A stretch of DNA of 63,397 nt, counting the filler, from Nemertoderma westbladi (Eukaryota > Animalia > Xenacoelomorpha), in assembly GCA_032718475.1 (NCBI GenBank). It is 4 parts of 4 records of this genome, joined end to end, with 100 filler letters (N's around TTAATTAATTAA, not from the genome) between each part and the next. Parts side by side here need not be neighbours in the genome. Positions count along the whole stretch, not along the records: positions 26,572 to 46,859 come from JAUCBJ010001317.1; positions 46,960 to 59,390 come from JAUCBJ010005163.1; 2 more parts are not named here. One strand, 5' to 3'. Positions 36,530-49,699 of this stretch are shown piece by piece. Positions within the stretch are counted from its first letter, which is position 1. The number at the start of each line of letters is the position of its first letter. The notes below the pieces were generated by a model that did no database searches, was not told the origin of the DNA, and saw only the letters and a list, made by a program, of their open reading frames with translations. Both the position numbers and the translations under genes were made by a program.

Positions 36530-38165
36530 TGCCATTGTTGCGGATGGGACTAAGCCATGTCATTGTGCTGATAGATTATGTTTGCTCATAAGATACACTG
36601 ATATTTTGAGTTAAGAAACTATCAACAATGTTTATTAGACATTCATTTTGTTAAAAAATAAGAACATTGTTGTTATAAAAATACGTAAAAAATCTAAAAT
36701 TCTATAAGAATACTTAAAAAAATCTAAGAAATTCAGCAGCGTATCTTAGTGGTCCCATCTCTAGGGAAATAAGAAGCTATTATATAAATTATCAACGTCA
36801 CAGAAAATTGTTTAACATGTACTACAATACCACAGTGATACAACTTAATATTTAGTTGGTGCCTACGAAAAATCGTACTTCTGGTACATTATGAATGTTG
36901 CGGATGGGACATTATGTACTTGTTTATCGAATATTGTGGGATTACGGTAAATTTAAAGCAACGCCAATTGGAGGGAAAGATGGCAGCGAATGCAAACGAC
37001 AAAAATTGGCTTTATGTTCATAACACAAACATCTATAATGATTCAACTAATGACCCGCCCGCAACTTTCCTAACAAATTAGTAAATACTTAATAGTAAAT
37101 ACTAAATACTAAAAAGTTTAGAAACCACCAGTATAGTAAGTGGAACTGCTGAAAGTTGCATATCAATGTCGCCAATGTCATTTGTTTGACAATACGGACT
37201 GGACAGTTGCCATCAAACTTTCCAATTATATTATTGACTTTTCACATTCAGTCATTTGGCATTGTGGAACTAATTAATAGGTAAATCAACCCTTGTAAAG
37301 TATAATACCGACGTTGTTGACATACCAATTTATCTGTGAGGTAGAGCCAACATCTTGTTGCTTAACATTGTTCACAATGTGGAGTGTTATTGTACAAAAT
37401 AGACCCCCATCACTATATGCTTCTTGGTGACTGATAATAATGTGGCTGAAGGATTTTTTCAAGTTAAATTTAAATCAGTAACATGTTCAAATAACAAATA
37501 TTACGGTAATATCGATAATAACGTTACATCTTACATTGGCTGTATAAGTGAGTATCATATATACCTAAATGTAGGTGTTACCGATGGGACATCCGTTGCG
37601 GACGGGACATTGGCATTTACTTGACTACCTGGGAATAACGGACAATATATGTAAACTTTTTTTATTATTTATTAATTAGTAGGGTTAATGTCTTACCGAA
37701 AAAATATAAATAGCCACTTGATTGATAGTATCCAGGGCTTACAAGAAACGCCCATTGCGGATGGGACAGGTTGCCTCTAATTTCAAACACACGGTAGAAA
37801 TTGGAGTGATTTTTCAATAATACTTGGAAGTTGTGTTTAATTCTACAATACTGTGTTGTGTGTATGTAATAATTGACCAACTTTTGGCACAAAAATACAC
37901 GTTATATATAATACCATTCGTGTTCCACTAAATGAGGAATGTTTCGGATGGGACATTTACCATGACAATTTTTGTTCCACATATAAAGCTAAAATCAATG
38001 CCTAAAAATAGATCAATCCTTATTTTTTCACTTTAAACCGTAAGCTGGACATATACCACGTAATATTGAAGAGCTAATCTTTGAGCATAATGTTCGTAAA
38101 TCGTAGTACCCTTAGTAAGTACCATAGTATATTTTTCACAAATGTTGTGGATGGGACACATTTTA
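36530..38165. repeat. Probable transposon-derived segment with dispersed GCGGATGGGAC motifs
   Basis: Motif or close variants at ~36540, 36900, 37583, 37598, 37758, 37945, 38148, all in one orientation; ends not defined. Confidence 0.45.
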
Positions 38166-38527
38166 CTTTTATTTTGACTTCAAAAGGTCATGACAGATTT
38201 TTGCAGAAGCCTTTATGTGGCACATTGGTTGGAATATTATTGTCGAATAAAATGAGCCATTACTCTTATATCTGTGATGGTTAGTATGATAAAAAATAAA
38301 TTTAGTTTTTAGTTTTTTAGTTTATTACAGGCTTTGGTACTAATTATATAATTAATTCTGAATGAATGTACACAGTCTCACATTCTCTCCGCTCGACCTT
38401 CTGACTCGTGCAACAACGGAATATAGTTGAATGCCGGTCAATTGAAAATTATTTGATTCAGGTTTATAGGTTAGTTTATTTCACTGCTATTGTAGAACTA
38501 ACTTTGTATACCTCTCTGTTGCTCCAG

Positions 38528-38816
38528 ATATGTCCAGGCCCAAGGGGGTGAGTTAGATCTCAAGGTGATAGCGACAGAAGTGTTTGGGAACCCGGAACGT
38601 TCCCAAACAATCGAGAACTCTTTGAGTTCCTACCGGATGGTAGCGGCTAAGGTCGTCGATGAGGAACCTACGGCGGGGTTGCCATACCGACGGGGCGTGG
38701 CCAGGGAGTGCGCCAAGTGCGTAAACGGCGACCACTCAGGTCTACCGCCCCCTAACGACCCACCGACAACACTCGATCCCTTGGTTCTTACCTTATCGAA
38801 ACGGAGGCATTATAAG
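38528..38816 (+). CDS. FAM120B: FAM120B-like exon 2
   Basis: Acceptor CTCCAG; phase 2 joins exon 1 in frame (R-YVQAQGGELDLKVIATEVF...); donor AAG|GTAAGT. Confidence 0.8.
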
Positions 38817-39006
38817 GTAAGTTACTAGCTGATACAAAGAATAATAATGTCCTCATTAAATTATATAGCGCACGTTAAGATGGTGAGGTAAATTCCAATA
38901 CCTATAAATTAGTCTTTATCTTTACCAACAATTAAAAAAATATTCCAGAGCGTTGATTGGGTTTCTTTAAACTTTAATTTACTAGGTTTTTTATTTATGT
39001 GACTAG

Positions 39007-39693
39007 GTAGAGAATATGCCGGCTATTTACAATATATTACATCACGCGGTCTCAGAATGTTCCAACACGTTGGAGGACGAGAACGACGCGACTCTCCCGT
39101 CCCAGGCGACGATATTCCGGTCGGTTCGGGAACGGATGTACGGCCTGCTGTTCGGGGTCGGCACTTCCTCCTCCGTAGACCCCAAGGGCGCCTCACAGGA
39201 CCCAAAGTCGCCCGGTACCCATAGCAACCCGTGTAGTCCCTTAACAACCCCATCTGCGAAACGTATGAAAGTGTCGGCGCCGAGCCCCGGCGGTTGTGGG
39301 AGTCCGAGAAGCAATCATAACTCGGCGCGGAGCACACCCACTAGTGTGGCTCGCACCGCCACGCCCACGAGCGCCACTCGCACCGCCACACCCCCCACCT
39401 TGTCCCGCACCCCCTGCACCACAACCGCCACTAACTCGCGCGTTGCTATGCCGACCTTGCGATTGGGTCACACTGCGGTGCACGAGTGGTTCGTTAGACC
39501 GTGGACGACGTTAAACGAACCGGATCTGCGACCGGCCGCGCCCCTAACCGACGCCCTCGGGGCGACGCCCAGACTCGAGACACTCTGGCTCGGAGACGGA
39601 ACTTCCAACGACGAACTCAAGATGAGAGCTTTCCTCGCGGTCTTCGACAGTCTAGATATAGAAGATAAAGTCAAGGAGTTGCAGTCTGACCAG
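39007..39693 (+). CDS. FAM120B: FAM120B-like exon 3
   Basis: Acceptor ACTAG, in frame: VENMPAIYNIL...ECSNTLED...IFRSVRERMYGLLF...VHEWFV...LETLWLG; donor CAG|GTGAGT. Confidence 0.88.
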
Positions 39694-39826
39694 GTGAGTA
39701 ACTAACTGTGTGTCCAACTCTTAGAACCCAGCATCACCCTACAGAACTTTATATATTATCCCCCCATCTTGTCTGCTATTTATCGGTTGACTTCAACCTC
39801 TGTATTAACACTCTCTTTATCTTCAG

Positions 39827-39964
39827 ATTGTCCTCGTTGTGGTCCTTCATTTTCTTATCAAACAATCCCCCGACACTATCCTTGAATCATTTGAGGTCGA
39901 TGCCATTATCGCCCAAGCTGTTAGCCTATTACTTTATGACGTCAACTGCCTTAAGAACATTAAC
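39827..39964 (+). CDS. FAM120B: FAM120B-like exon 4 (gene continues; later exons not found)
   Basis: Acceptor TTCAG; IVLVVVLHFLIKQSPDTILESFEVDAIIAQAVSLLLYDVNCLKNIN; donor GTAAGT; 46 codons, phase 0/0. Confidence 0.85.
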
Positions 39965-40431
39965 GTAAGTTTCTAAAGAAGATATAATTGCCAATTACCG
40001 TAATATTTTAGGAGATTTATGTATTTATTTGTCAAGCAAGAAGTAGAAACCTTGGCTGTCGTTATTCGGGGGGGGGGGGGGGGGGGGGGGGGGTGGTGGT
40101 GGTTACGCGCTACCTATCCACTGGGAAGCAGGACTACTAACTTGACCCAGGGTGAAGAACTGACTGACATTAGTTAGCCAGTTAGTTAGTCCAAGTTAGT
40201 AAGGTTACGGTGCTACTTGGTTACCCATGTCTGTTAGCGGATCCATTCCGCTGTACATACATATAGCATATAGGGCATACCGGCAAAGGGATGATGCAAC
40301 AGGGCAGCTGGGCTGTGGACTTATAATCCACCTCAGTGGGCTAGAAGCTAACAAAGGCCTATTTAGGGCGTGGTGAGCTGACCAATGGGAGGCCAGCACA
40401 TGTCAGTTTATGAGTGTATCGCTATCGATTG

Positions 40432-41360
40432 CAGGCCTCCCAGAGTATCCTTTTTCCTTTTTTTAGAACGTTTCCTTTTTTTGTCCCTTTCCACACCTCT
40501 TTTTTTTTGGTTCAGAAGATCAGCTTCAGCTTGCTGTTGATATTGACAAGGTTATAACATAGATTACTGGCATATGCCGATTTTTATTTTGAATATGTTT
40601 ATTTTGACAAAAATCACAAGCTAAGCTACCATAAAAATGTAGCAGTGGAGGGAACTTTAATATATTTATTTATTTTCTGAGGGGGGGATATATTATTATA
40701 ATTGAAACAAAACCCACTTTGGTGAATTAACATTGTTGATTTTCAATTTAGGGAAAGAAACAGCATGCAATGGCAGTATATTCTAACCAAAACAATAAAA
40801 GAAAGCCTATAACACGGTTACAGTTTCATTTTTGCTCGTAATCAGCTGTTATTTTTGCATCTATTTTCCCCTGGAGGTAGTTGAATTTTGAGTTGTATCC
40901 TCGACCGGAAATCCGAACCAAAGTTTTTATATCACTTTCAAACTAAAGTTCTATTTACAAGCGTTTGATAAACCTCGATCAATGACCATCAATCGGCCGA
41001 GCTCAACCATCTCTGATAACTAGGCAAAAAGGTTGAAACTTTTGTAGTTGTTTTTAAACTGTTCTTATTTCATTGATAATATGATTTATAATAATTACAT
41101 TGCCATTGCCGTTGTTCTCTGTCAGTCTGTATGTGTTTCTACTATTTAACTTACTTTGATCTCTTTTTGTCATATAGTGACGTTTCTTAATAGGCCTATA
41201 TAAAGGTTAATGAAATATAATGTTTACTATCCTTTTTTTAAAGATAATATCAACTCAGTTTTTCCGTTTTATGAACTGCATCCTATCCTTTTTCCTTATT
41301 TTTTGAAAATATAAATTCCCTTTTTCCTTTTTTCATCGATTTTTTAGGCTGGGAGGACTG
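40432..41360. mobile_element. Non-autonomous hAT-like element with 6-bp TSD
   Basis: TIR CAGGCCTCCCA vs TGGGAGGACTG; CGATTG on both flanks; subterminal TCCTTTTT repeats. Confidence 0.7.
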
Positions 41361-41937
41361 CGATTGGAGGCCAGAGAAACGTGTCAGCCTATAGGCAATA
41401 TATTTCCCCATTTACATATATTAACGGTCACGGGTGTATTCTAACCAGTTGGCATTTATTCATGTTAGACGATGCGGAATCACTTCCGTACCGGTACACC
41501 AAATCTGTATTTTTTTAATGTGTGTTTTTAACTGTTCTATTATGATTATCACTGTTTTAGTGTTCTATTATGATTAGTTTTCTTTATCATAGTGTTAGAT
41601 AATGTTAGATAACGTTTTTTATGGTAGCTAGATTTTTTTAATGGTAGCTAGTGATTTTTTTGGTAGCTAGTGATTTTTTTGGTAGCTAGTGATTTTTTTG
41701 GTAGCTAGTGTTTTTTTTTGGTAGCTAGTGATTTTTTTGGTAGCTAGTGTTTTTTTTGGTAGCTAGTGTTTTTTTGGTAGCTAGTGTTTTTTTGGTAGCT
41801 AGTGTTTTTTTTGGTAGCTAGTGATTTTTTGGGTAGCTAGTGATTTTTTTGGTAGCTAGTGATTTTTTTGGTAGCTAGTGATTTTTTTTGTAGCTAGTGA
41901 TTTTTTTGGTAGCTAGTGTTTTTTTTTTGGTAGCTAG

Positions 41938-42885
41938 TAGCGTTAGACCGGAGCCAGATTTTTGCCGGAGCCGGAACCGGACCGGGTAAATTCCAAAAGT
42001 ACCGGAGCCGGAACCGGAGCCGGACCGGGTAGGTAAAATTAAAAAATATGTATTGAGGCCTGGTATGACTGTATGACCTAGAGGTACAGGTACCACGGCT
42101 GCGCTGCACTGTCAGACTGTACTGTAATACGACCTGGCATGTTGCAGTTGCAGTTAGTCCACCTGTCCACTACAGCAGTACAGCACTACACAGCTACCGG
42201 CAGACCGGTACTGAGCTACATTTAGTGAGCCAACTTCTCCACTTTCTGACTTTGTTTTTACTCTATACCGGTACTCAGTACACCAGTACACTACTTTGTA
42301 GCCTCACGCCTGGCACCTGGTCTGCCTGGTAGGCGCGTAGTTTTACTGCAGCAGTAGATCTGGCAAAACAATCAGAGCAACGATGCAATAGCTGTACTGG
42401 CTGATAGCTATCAACTCAGTCGGCCAGTAGATCTCTAGATGTCAGACTGGCAGGTTGAGGTTTAGTACTTGTCTGCTTGTACTAATTCAACTTTTACGTT
42501 GTAACTTCAGCGCTAAAGTGGCAGCGACGGCGCAGACAGGGCCCCAAGACCCAAGACGTCATCGAGTGAGTAGGTAGTACAGTACTGTGAAGGGGCTAGT
42601 GTTCTGACTGGCCTGTCTTTGTAGCCTCGGCCTGGCACTGGTAAGCTCAGTACAGCAGTAGGCAGTGTAAGCTGTCTGGCTGTACCACTGGACTATGATG
42701 GACTAGACTTGATCACCGTGACTGTGGACATACTGTTTGTGCTTTTGTGTGTCTCTGTCTGTCTTTTACAGTTTTATACTGGAGCTCCGGTCCTCCGGTC
42801 ATATTTTAGCCGGAGCCGGACCGGAACCGGAGCACCATTTTCCGGGCCGGATCCGGACCGGAGCCGGAGCTCCGGTCTAACACTA
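41938..42885. mobile_element. Non-autonomous hAT element
   Basis: TIR TAGCGTTAGACCGGAGC vs GCTCCGGTCTAACACTA; 8-bp TSD GTAGCTAG; subterminal CCGGA(G/A)CCGG arrays. Confidence 0.88.
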
Positions 42886-43853
42886 GTAGCTAGTGATTTT
42901 TTTGGTAGCTAGTGTTTTTTTTGGTAGCTAGTGATTTTTTTGGTAGCTAGTGTTTTTTTTTGGTAGCTAGTGTTTTTTTTGGTAGCTAGTGATTTTTTGG
43001 GTAGCTAGTGATTTTTTTGGTAGCTAGTGTTTTTTTTTTGGTAGCTAGTGATTTTTTTGGTAGCTAGTGTTTTTTTTTGGTAGCTAGTGTTTTTTTGGTA
43101 GCTAGTGTTTTTTTGGTAGCTAGTGTTTTTTTTGGTAGCTAGTGATTTTTTGGGTAGCTAGTGATTTTTTTGGTAGCTAGTGATTTTTTTGGTAGCTAGT
43201 GATTTTTTTGGTAGCTAGTGATTTTTTTGGTAGCTAGTGTTTTTTTTTGGTAGCTAGTGATTTTATTGGTAGCTAGTGTTTTTTTTTGGTAGCTAGTGAT
43301 TTTTTTGGTAGCTAGTGATTTTTTTGGTAGCTAGTGATTTTTTTGGTAGCTAGTGATTTTTTTGGTAGCTAGTGTTTTTTTTGGTAGCTAGTGATTTTTT
43401 TGGTAGCTAGTGTTTTTTTTTGGTAGCTAGTGTTTTTTTGGTAGCTAGTGTTTTTTTGGTAGCTAGTGTTTTTTTTTGGTAGCTAGTGATTTTTTGGGTA
43501 GCTAGTGATTTTTTTGGTAGCTAGTGATTTTTTTGGTAGCTAGTGATTTTTTTGGTAGCTAGTGTTTTTTTTTTGGTAGCTAGTGATTTTTTTGGTAGCT
43601 AGTGTTTTTTTTTGGTAGCTAGTGATTTTTTTGGTAGCTAGTGTTTTTTTTGGTAGCTAGTGTTTTTTTTGGTAGCTAGTGATTTTTTGGGTAGCTAGTG
43701 ATTTTTTTGGTAGCTAGTGTTTTTTTTTGGTAGCTAGTGATTTTTTGGTAGCTAGTGTTTTTTTTTGGTAGCTAGTGATTTTTTTGGTAGCTAGTGTTTT
43801 TTTTTGGTAGCTAGTGATTTTTTTGGTAGCTAGTGTTTTTTTTTGGTAGCTAG

Positions 43854-45673
43854 CAAGGACTACTATACTACAGGACTGGCACACCCCTTCATCCGACTTC
43901 GCTAGCGAAGTCCATTGGTTTGGTATTGCTTTATACTGTTATAGACATTGTTATCAAAGGATTTGTATGAAATTTAGTACACAATCGTAATTATTAGTAA
44001 CATAATAAATTTTGGTGTCAAGAAATAAAGGACGAGCGCAACGAGGCTTGTAACAAAGGGGACGACGAGTGTTGTGTACTAACTATTCATTATAGTCTAG
44101 AACGACCGTGTTGAGTTAGTACATTGTGCGACATAAAAAACGATGTGAACAGTACCCCTACTGGTAGGGGAATGTTGTTACACAGATGATATCGGATTCA
44201 ACTAACGGTATATTTGTCTCACCCCACAATACAGCAATATACATGGACCTCCCTCTCTCTATATTCTTTATCTCTGGTCATTTACTATCCTAAGTCAAGC
44301 CAGGTTCCAGGTACTGATATTATTACTTTATAGGGCTATTATTATTAGGTACTTTATATTACTATTAAGTACTTACTTTATATTACTATTAGGTACTTAC
44401 TTTATATTACTATTAGGTACTTACTTTATATTACTAGTAGGTACTCTATGTTATTACTTTATTATTTATTACGATAGCCGACCCAATATTCCCCACCCCA
44501 GACTGAAAACACATCAATGACCCCGATACGGGCTCTTCATTAATTAAAAAATCTTCAATCAAATTATTGATTATTATTATTAATAAAAAAAAAGATATTG
44601 AAATTATTAATTAATAAATTGATTAAGTATCAATCCCGAATATTAAACATAAACCGGAAAATTAAACGAGTGACTCCCCTGTAGACTCCTTTATATATAT
44701 CTCAGTTTTTATGAGTCTCTCCGGGCGCGGACTAACCGTGTGACCCCCTGTAGAGAAATATCTCAGTGTTTATGAGTCTCTCCGAGCGCGGACTCAACGT
44801 GTGACCCTCTGTAGAGAAATATCTCAGTTTTTATGAGTCTCTCCTGGTCCATCATAAGAGGTGATGAGGCATGAGGAGCAAGTTGTAATCCACCACGAGT
44901 TAGGGCTTGGGTAAATAAATATATTATCCTCCTCTAAAATATCACCTGTGATGTCTAACTCTGGGATTACCTTTATCAGGGCAGGAATCCTGCAACGTAA
45001 CTTGCTTCTTTGACAAAAGTGAAACCTGTATATTCGTCGTTATGGAATAAGAAAAGCAATAGGCTACTTGGAACTCCGATCGCTTCACAAAAATGTCAGT
45101 ATCGCGACCGTATCCTGCGATTCCCTTTAGCCACTTAGAAACAACGGGTTCAGTCAGCTACAAAAAGCCCCCAATTAAATCTCGCTCATTGAGAGACTGA
45201 AGGTGGCGTTCCTCAATGGGAGGGAGTTCTCGTGGAGTGGGGGGTCGCGGTGGAACACACGATAAGGGAAGTAGAATGGAGGTATTGTTGGTCGCAAGGA
45301 ACCGCCAGGGACTTTCTTGTGCGGAATTCCCGCGGCTGCGCGGGACACTCTGGCCAATGTCAGAATGTTGAATACAAATGACGGCAGTGCTTCCATAACT
45401 TAAACGGAGAGCCGTCATCTGCCTGCACTGCGTCGTGGTAGCGCGGCGATCCACTGATCTCATTCGGCACCGACAGGAGGAAGTTTCACTGCGCGAACGT
45501 TCAGTAAACTGCAGAACAGTCTAGCTGTCTGTTTGTAGGTTAAGTATACTGGTATAATAAATCATTATACGGTAGCAGTACAGCTTACAGCAGTACTGCA
45601 GTATGAAATGAATGGACTTCGCTAGCGAAGTCGGATCAGGCAGTATGCCAGTCCTGTAGTATAGCAGTCCTTG
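43854..45673 (-). mobile_element. P-superfamily internally deleted element with degenerate THAP domain
   Basis: ~60-bp TIR starting CAAGGACT.CTATACTACAGGACTGGCA; 8-bp TSD GTAGCTAG/GTAGCTGG. Minus-strand fragments KLPP..E*DQWIAALP, AVICIQH, KKVPGGSLRPTIPP at ~45200-45510. Confidence 0.75.
44665..44845. repeat. ~62-bp tandem repeat x3 inside the P-like element
   Basis: GTGTGACCC.CTGTAGAGAAATATCTCAGT.TTTATGAGTCTCTCC units. Confidence 0.8.
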
Positions 45674-46859
45674 GTAGCTGGTGATTTTTTGGGTAGCTAG
45701 TGATTTTTTTGGTAGCTCAGTGATTTTTTGGGTAGCTAGTGATTTTTTTGGTAGCTAGTGTTTTTTTTTGGTAGCTAGTGATTTTTTTGGTAGCTAGTGT
45801 TTTTTTTTGGTAGCTAGTGATTTTTTTGGTAGCTAGTGTTTTTTTTTGGTAGCTAGTGTTTTTTTTGGTAGCTAGTGATTTTTTTGGTAGCTAGTGTTTT
45901 TTTTGGTAGCTAGTGATTTTTTTGGTAGCTAGTGTTTTTTTTTGGTAGCTAGTGATTTTTTTGGTAGCTCAGTGATTTTTTGGGTAGCTAGTGATTTTTT
46001 TGGTAGCTAGTGTTTTTTTTGGTAGCTAGTGATTTTTTTGGTAGCTAGTGTTTTTTTTTGGTAGCTAGTGATTTTTTTGGTAGCTAGTGTTTTTTTTTGG
46101 TAGCTAGTGTTTTTTTTTGGTAGCTAGTGATTTTTTTGGTAGCTAGTGTTTTTTTTGGTAGCTAGTGATTTTTTTGGTAGCTAGTGTTTTTTATTGGTAG
46201 CTAGTGTTTTTTTTGGTAGCTAGTGTTTTTTTTGGTAGCTAGTGTTTTTTTTTGGTAGCTAGTGATTTTTTTTGGTAGCTAGTGTTTTATGAAAATTTTT
46301 CAAATAATAATTATAAAATAAAATATTTGGTAGAACAATTATTCCCTTGTGAATTAGAAATAGATAAAAAACACATATAAATAATAAACATTCATAGTTT
46401 TGTTAGTTTAGAGAAAATAAAAATACCAAATATTTAATTTTACAATTATTATTTGCAATCTTTTCATAAAATACTAGCTAAGCTACCATAAAAATATTTA
46501 ATAGCTACCATAATATTGTGTGAAGGTCCAACAATGTTCTAGAACACTAATTAAAACAAAATAAACACATAAAAAATACACATTAAAAAATCCAGATTTG
46601 GTGTACATGTACGGAAGTGATACCCTTCCCCTGACCCCCTTTAGCTGCACCCCTTGGTAAAGTTATTAGGGCACAGAAACTCACGGATTATTCGCGAATT
46701 TCGCAAACGTCGCGAAATTCGCGATTAGGGGGGGGGGGGGGGGGGGGGGGGGGGTGTCATCAGAAGATGACATTATATTACGGGTCATGGTGTGTATATA
46801 TAAAAATGGTAGTTAAAATTTGCTTACAAAATTTATTTAGACTATTTTTTAAAGTGATA

Positions 46860-46959
46860 NNNNNNNNNNNNNNNNNNNNNNNNNNNNNNNNNNNNNNNNN
46901 NNNTTAATTAATTAANNNNNNNNNNNNNNNNNNNNNNNNNNNNNNNNNNNNNNNNNNNN
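46860..46959. other. Assembly gap with spacer
   Basis: N-run/TTAATTAATTAA/N-run. Confidence 0.95.
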
Positions 46960-47369
46960 GGGGACTAGAGGGGAAATTAAATCAGCTGAAATCTTTTGTC
47001 TCTGTTCTCTTGATAATTGGAAATTTAATCACACCGGCGCACACAACTGTATTTCCTACCCCATGAGTCCATTTTTACAAAAAATTCTAAAAAATGTTTT
47101 CTATTCCCAATTTATAATGTTATTTAAATCGTTTCTGTTTCTTGTCAGCATCCTACTATAGTTTGGATTAGAAAGATAAACTAAAGCTTTTGCTATCACA
47201 GAAAAAAATAGATCCCACCTTGACGCCAAAGAATCTGGCTGCAGAATTTGTATAAGAACTAAAAAAACGGTTTGAAACGCTAAAACAGTCAACCTTTTTA
47301 AAACAAAATTAGAATCATGTGGAATTGGATAGTACTTAATTCATAATCTGAACCTATCTGAACCCAATC

Positions 47370-49547
47370 TGAACTCAATCTGGACCCAATCTCGAGAATT
47401 ATACCATATCTGAACCCAATCTGAATCGAAAAAAGAAAGAGGGGTGAAAATTATTAATTTTTGCATTAACAATTTTGAAATTTGAAGAAATTTTACATAT
47501 CTTTTATTTTATCTGCGGTAAACCGCAGCACTACTGCTGTATTGGGGTCTGCAGTTACTGCTGTGTTGTACTGAGTCTTTAACGTTAGGGTGAGTGAGGG
47601 AGACTTGAACCCCAAAAGTTATAATCGCTCTAAAGAACAGATAAATGAATTTTTCAATGCCGTTTTAACTTTTTAACATTACATTTACTAGAAAGCTAGC
47701 AAGCTGGCTGGAAGGAGCCCGGGGAAAAATCCTATTTACAAGATTATTACAAATAAACCTTGTCCGTCAGCAGTAAGTAAACTAAACAATTGTCTAAACT
47801 ATAAGGCGTGGGGCTAGCTGACTTTGTGGATCGTCCCTCATAATAAAAAATGAAACATTCGCTATGACAACACACCCGGTTCTTTTAAATTTGCGTGATT
47901 TGAGTTTTATGCTCGCACCACTATTTGTAAGAAATGTTAAAACTTATCTTACAGTATGCCAATGTAGTAATGGTATTAAAATATAATTAAATTAATTTAC
48001 ACTATTAATGCTTCAGCTAAAAAATGATGCTAATCCTATGTAATAATAAAAATAATAATATTATTTTTAAGAACCTTCTACATATATATATCCTATACAA
48101 AATAATCAGCCCAATGATTCGTGGAATAATAATTATATAATTCTACTGCAGTGGTATATTTTATTTTGTTTATTGACAACTCAACTATTTTCTGTCTATC
48201 CCTGAGAGCTGATAAAGGATGTGTAGACTCAGCCAGCAGCCAGCAGCCAGCAGCAGAAGGGGTGTAGTCAAGAAATTCTGCCTTGATGGAATTCTATCTC
48301 GGGCAGCCCTGAACTCAACCATTCCTACACAGCTATATAGCTGCTGTAGCTCAGGGAGGAGTTGTTACTTTACCATTGCTTTTAATTTCGCGACAAAATA
48401 ATTTCAAAAAAACGAAATATATAGAATACCACACATTGAATTGATCTGATATTTTGTAACGCGATTATGAACCACCAAAGCAATTTACTTGTAAAATTTC
48501 AACAAAATCGCCCGGCAGGAAGTGCCTGAACCTAGATAATTATCAGTCAGTCAGTCAGTCAGTCAGTCAGTGTTATATATCCTGAGATTTTTACAGTAAG
48601 TATCCCGCAGATTTTTACAGTAAGTATCCCGCCTGTCGAGCGGGCTCCTAATGATTGCTATCATTATGTGAGAGTTTGAGAATTTCAACTCTTATTAAAC
48701 TTTTTTAATTAAACCAATTATTCGTATTTTCGAAAAAGCGTCTAGTCTACCTCAATGGGGGGAGACTTGACACCTAGGGTGGGAGACTTGAACCCCACCT
48801 CGCATACTTGTAAATTCGTTCAAAAATGCAGAAGAAGTGTAATAATTACTTGTTCAACATGTCTATTTTCTAGTAGAGCAAAAAAAATTCAAAAAATGCG
48901 ATTGTTAAATTGTTAAATTATTATCCAAAATTTTATACAAATTTAGGTGGTCGTTCACATGGTTCTCCCAACAAGAACTGAATAAATAATAGTTCATTAA
49001 AATCGCATTAAAATTTAACGCGGGAAGGTACTTTTTATTAATAAATATCTTGGATAATTTTCAATCCAGGCATATATTAACTGTTTTCCTGTAATTCTAT
49101 TGATGTGTGCCGCTTTCTGACGAAGTGGCATCTTGTTTAACCTGTCAATCACCCAGTTGGCGGGCTACTAACTACATCGCAAAGAGGGAAGGAAGAGTTG
49201 GTTGGCTTAAAGGCCATAGTTCTGTAGTTGTCCATTGGGATACCGCCTGCCGGTAGATGTGATCTATTAACGACTGCACAGCAGTACAATACAGCAGTAA
49301 CTGCAGTCCCTAATACAGCAGTAGTGCTGCGGCTGCCCGCAAATTTAAATATGAAAAAAGATATGTAAAATTTCTTCAAATTTCAAAATTGTTAATTTTA
49401 ATTAAATTATTAAATTATTATTATTATTAAATTTATTTATTATTAAATTATTAAATTATTAATAATTGTCACCCCTCTTTCTATTTTAGATTCAGATTGG
49501 GTTCAGATTTGGTATAATTCTCGAGATTGGGTCCAGATTGTGTTCAG
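47370..49547. repeat. Pair of ~200-270-bp inverted copies about 1.7 kb apart
   Basis: 47370-47572 is the reverse complement of 49281-49547 (AATCTGGACCCAATCTCGAGAATTATACC...GCAGCACTACTGCTGTATT). Confidence 0.8.
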
Positions 49548-49699
49548 TACTTAGTTTAGAAGCGATGTGCACATTTTATCTTAAATAAATAGCAATTACA
49601 TATTCTCATAAAACATATTATCTCATTATAACAATAAATATTAGTTTTATCGGTTATATGTAATATTCTTAATTCAAAACTTAAATACTACTAGCAGTA

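Larger units (their letters stand above)
41620..46290. repeat. ~19-20-bp minisatellite GGTAGCTAGTG(A)T7-9, in three blocks
   Basis: Blocks ~41620-41937, 42886-43853 and 45674-46290, separated by insertions. Confidence 0.97.
41481..46619. mobile_element. CACTA/EnSpm-like non-autonomous element hosting a satellite and two nested transposons
   Basis: TIR CACTTCCGTAC..GTACACCAAATCTG.ATTTTTTAATGTGT at both ends; 2-bp TSD AT; GGTAGCTA motif at the left and inverted (AGCTACCATA) near the right end. Confidence 0.85.

Noticed and set aside
28440-46290. CRISPR-like appearance of the repeat arrays
   Set aside because: Head-to-tail units without unique spacers, no cas genes, and a eukaryotic intronic context.
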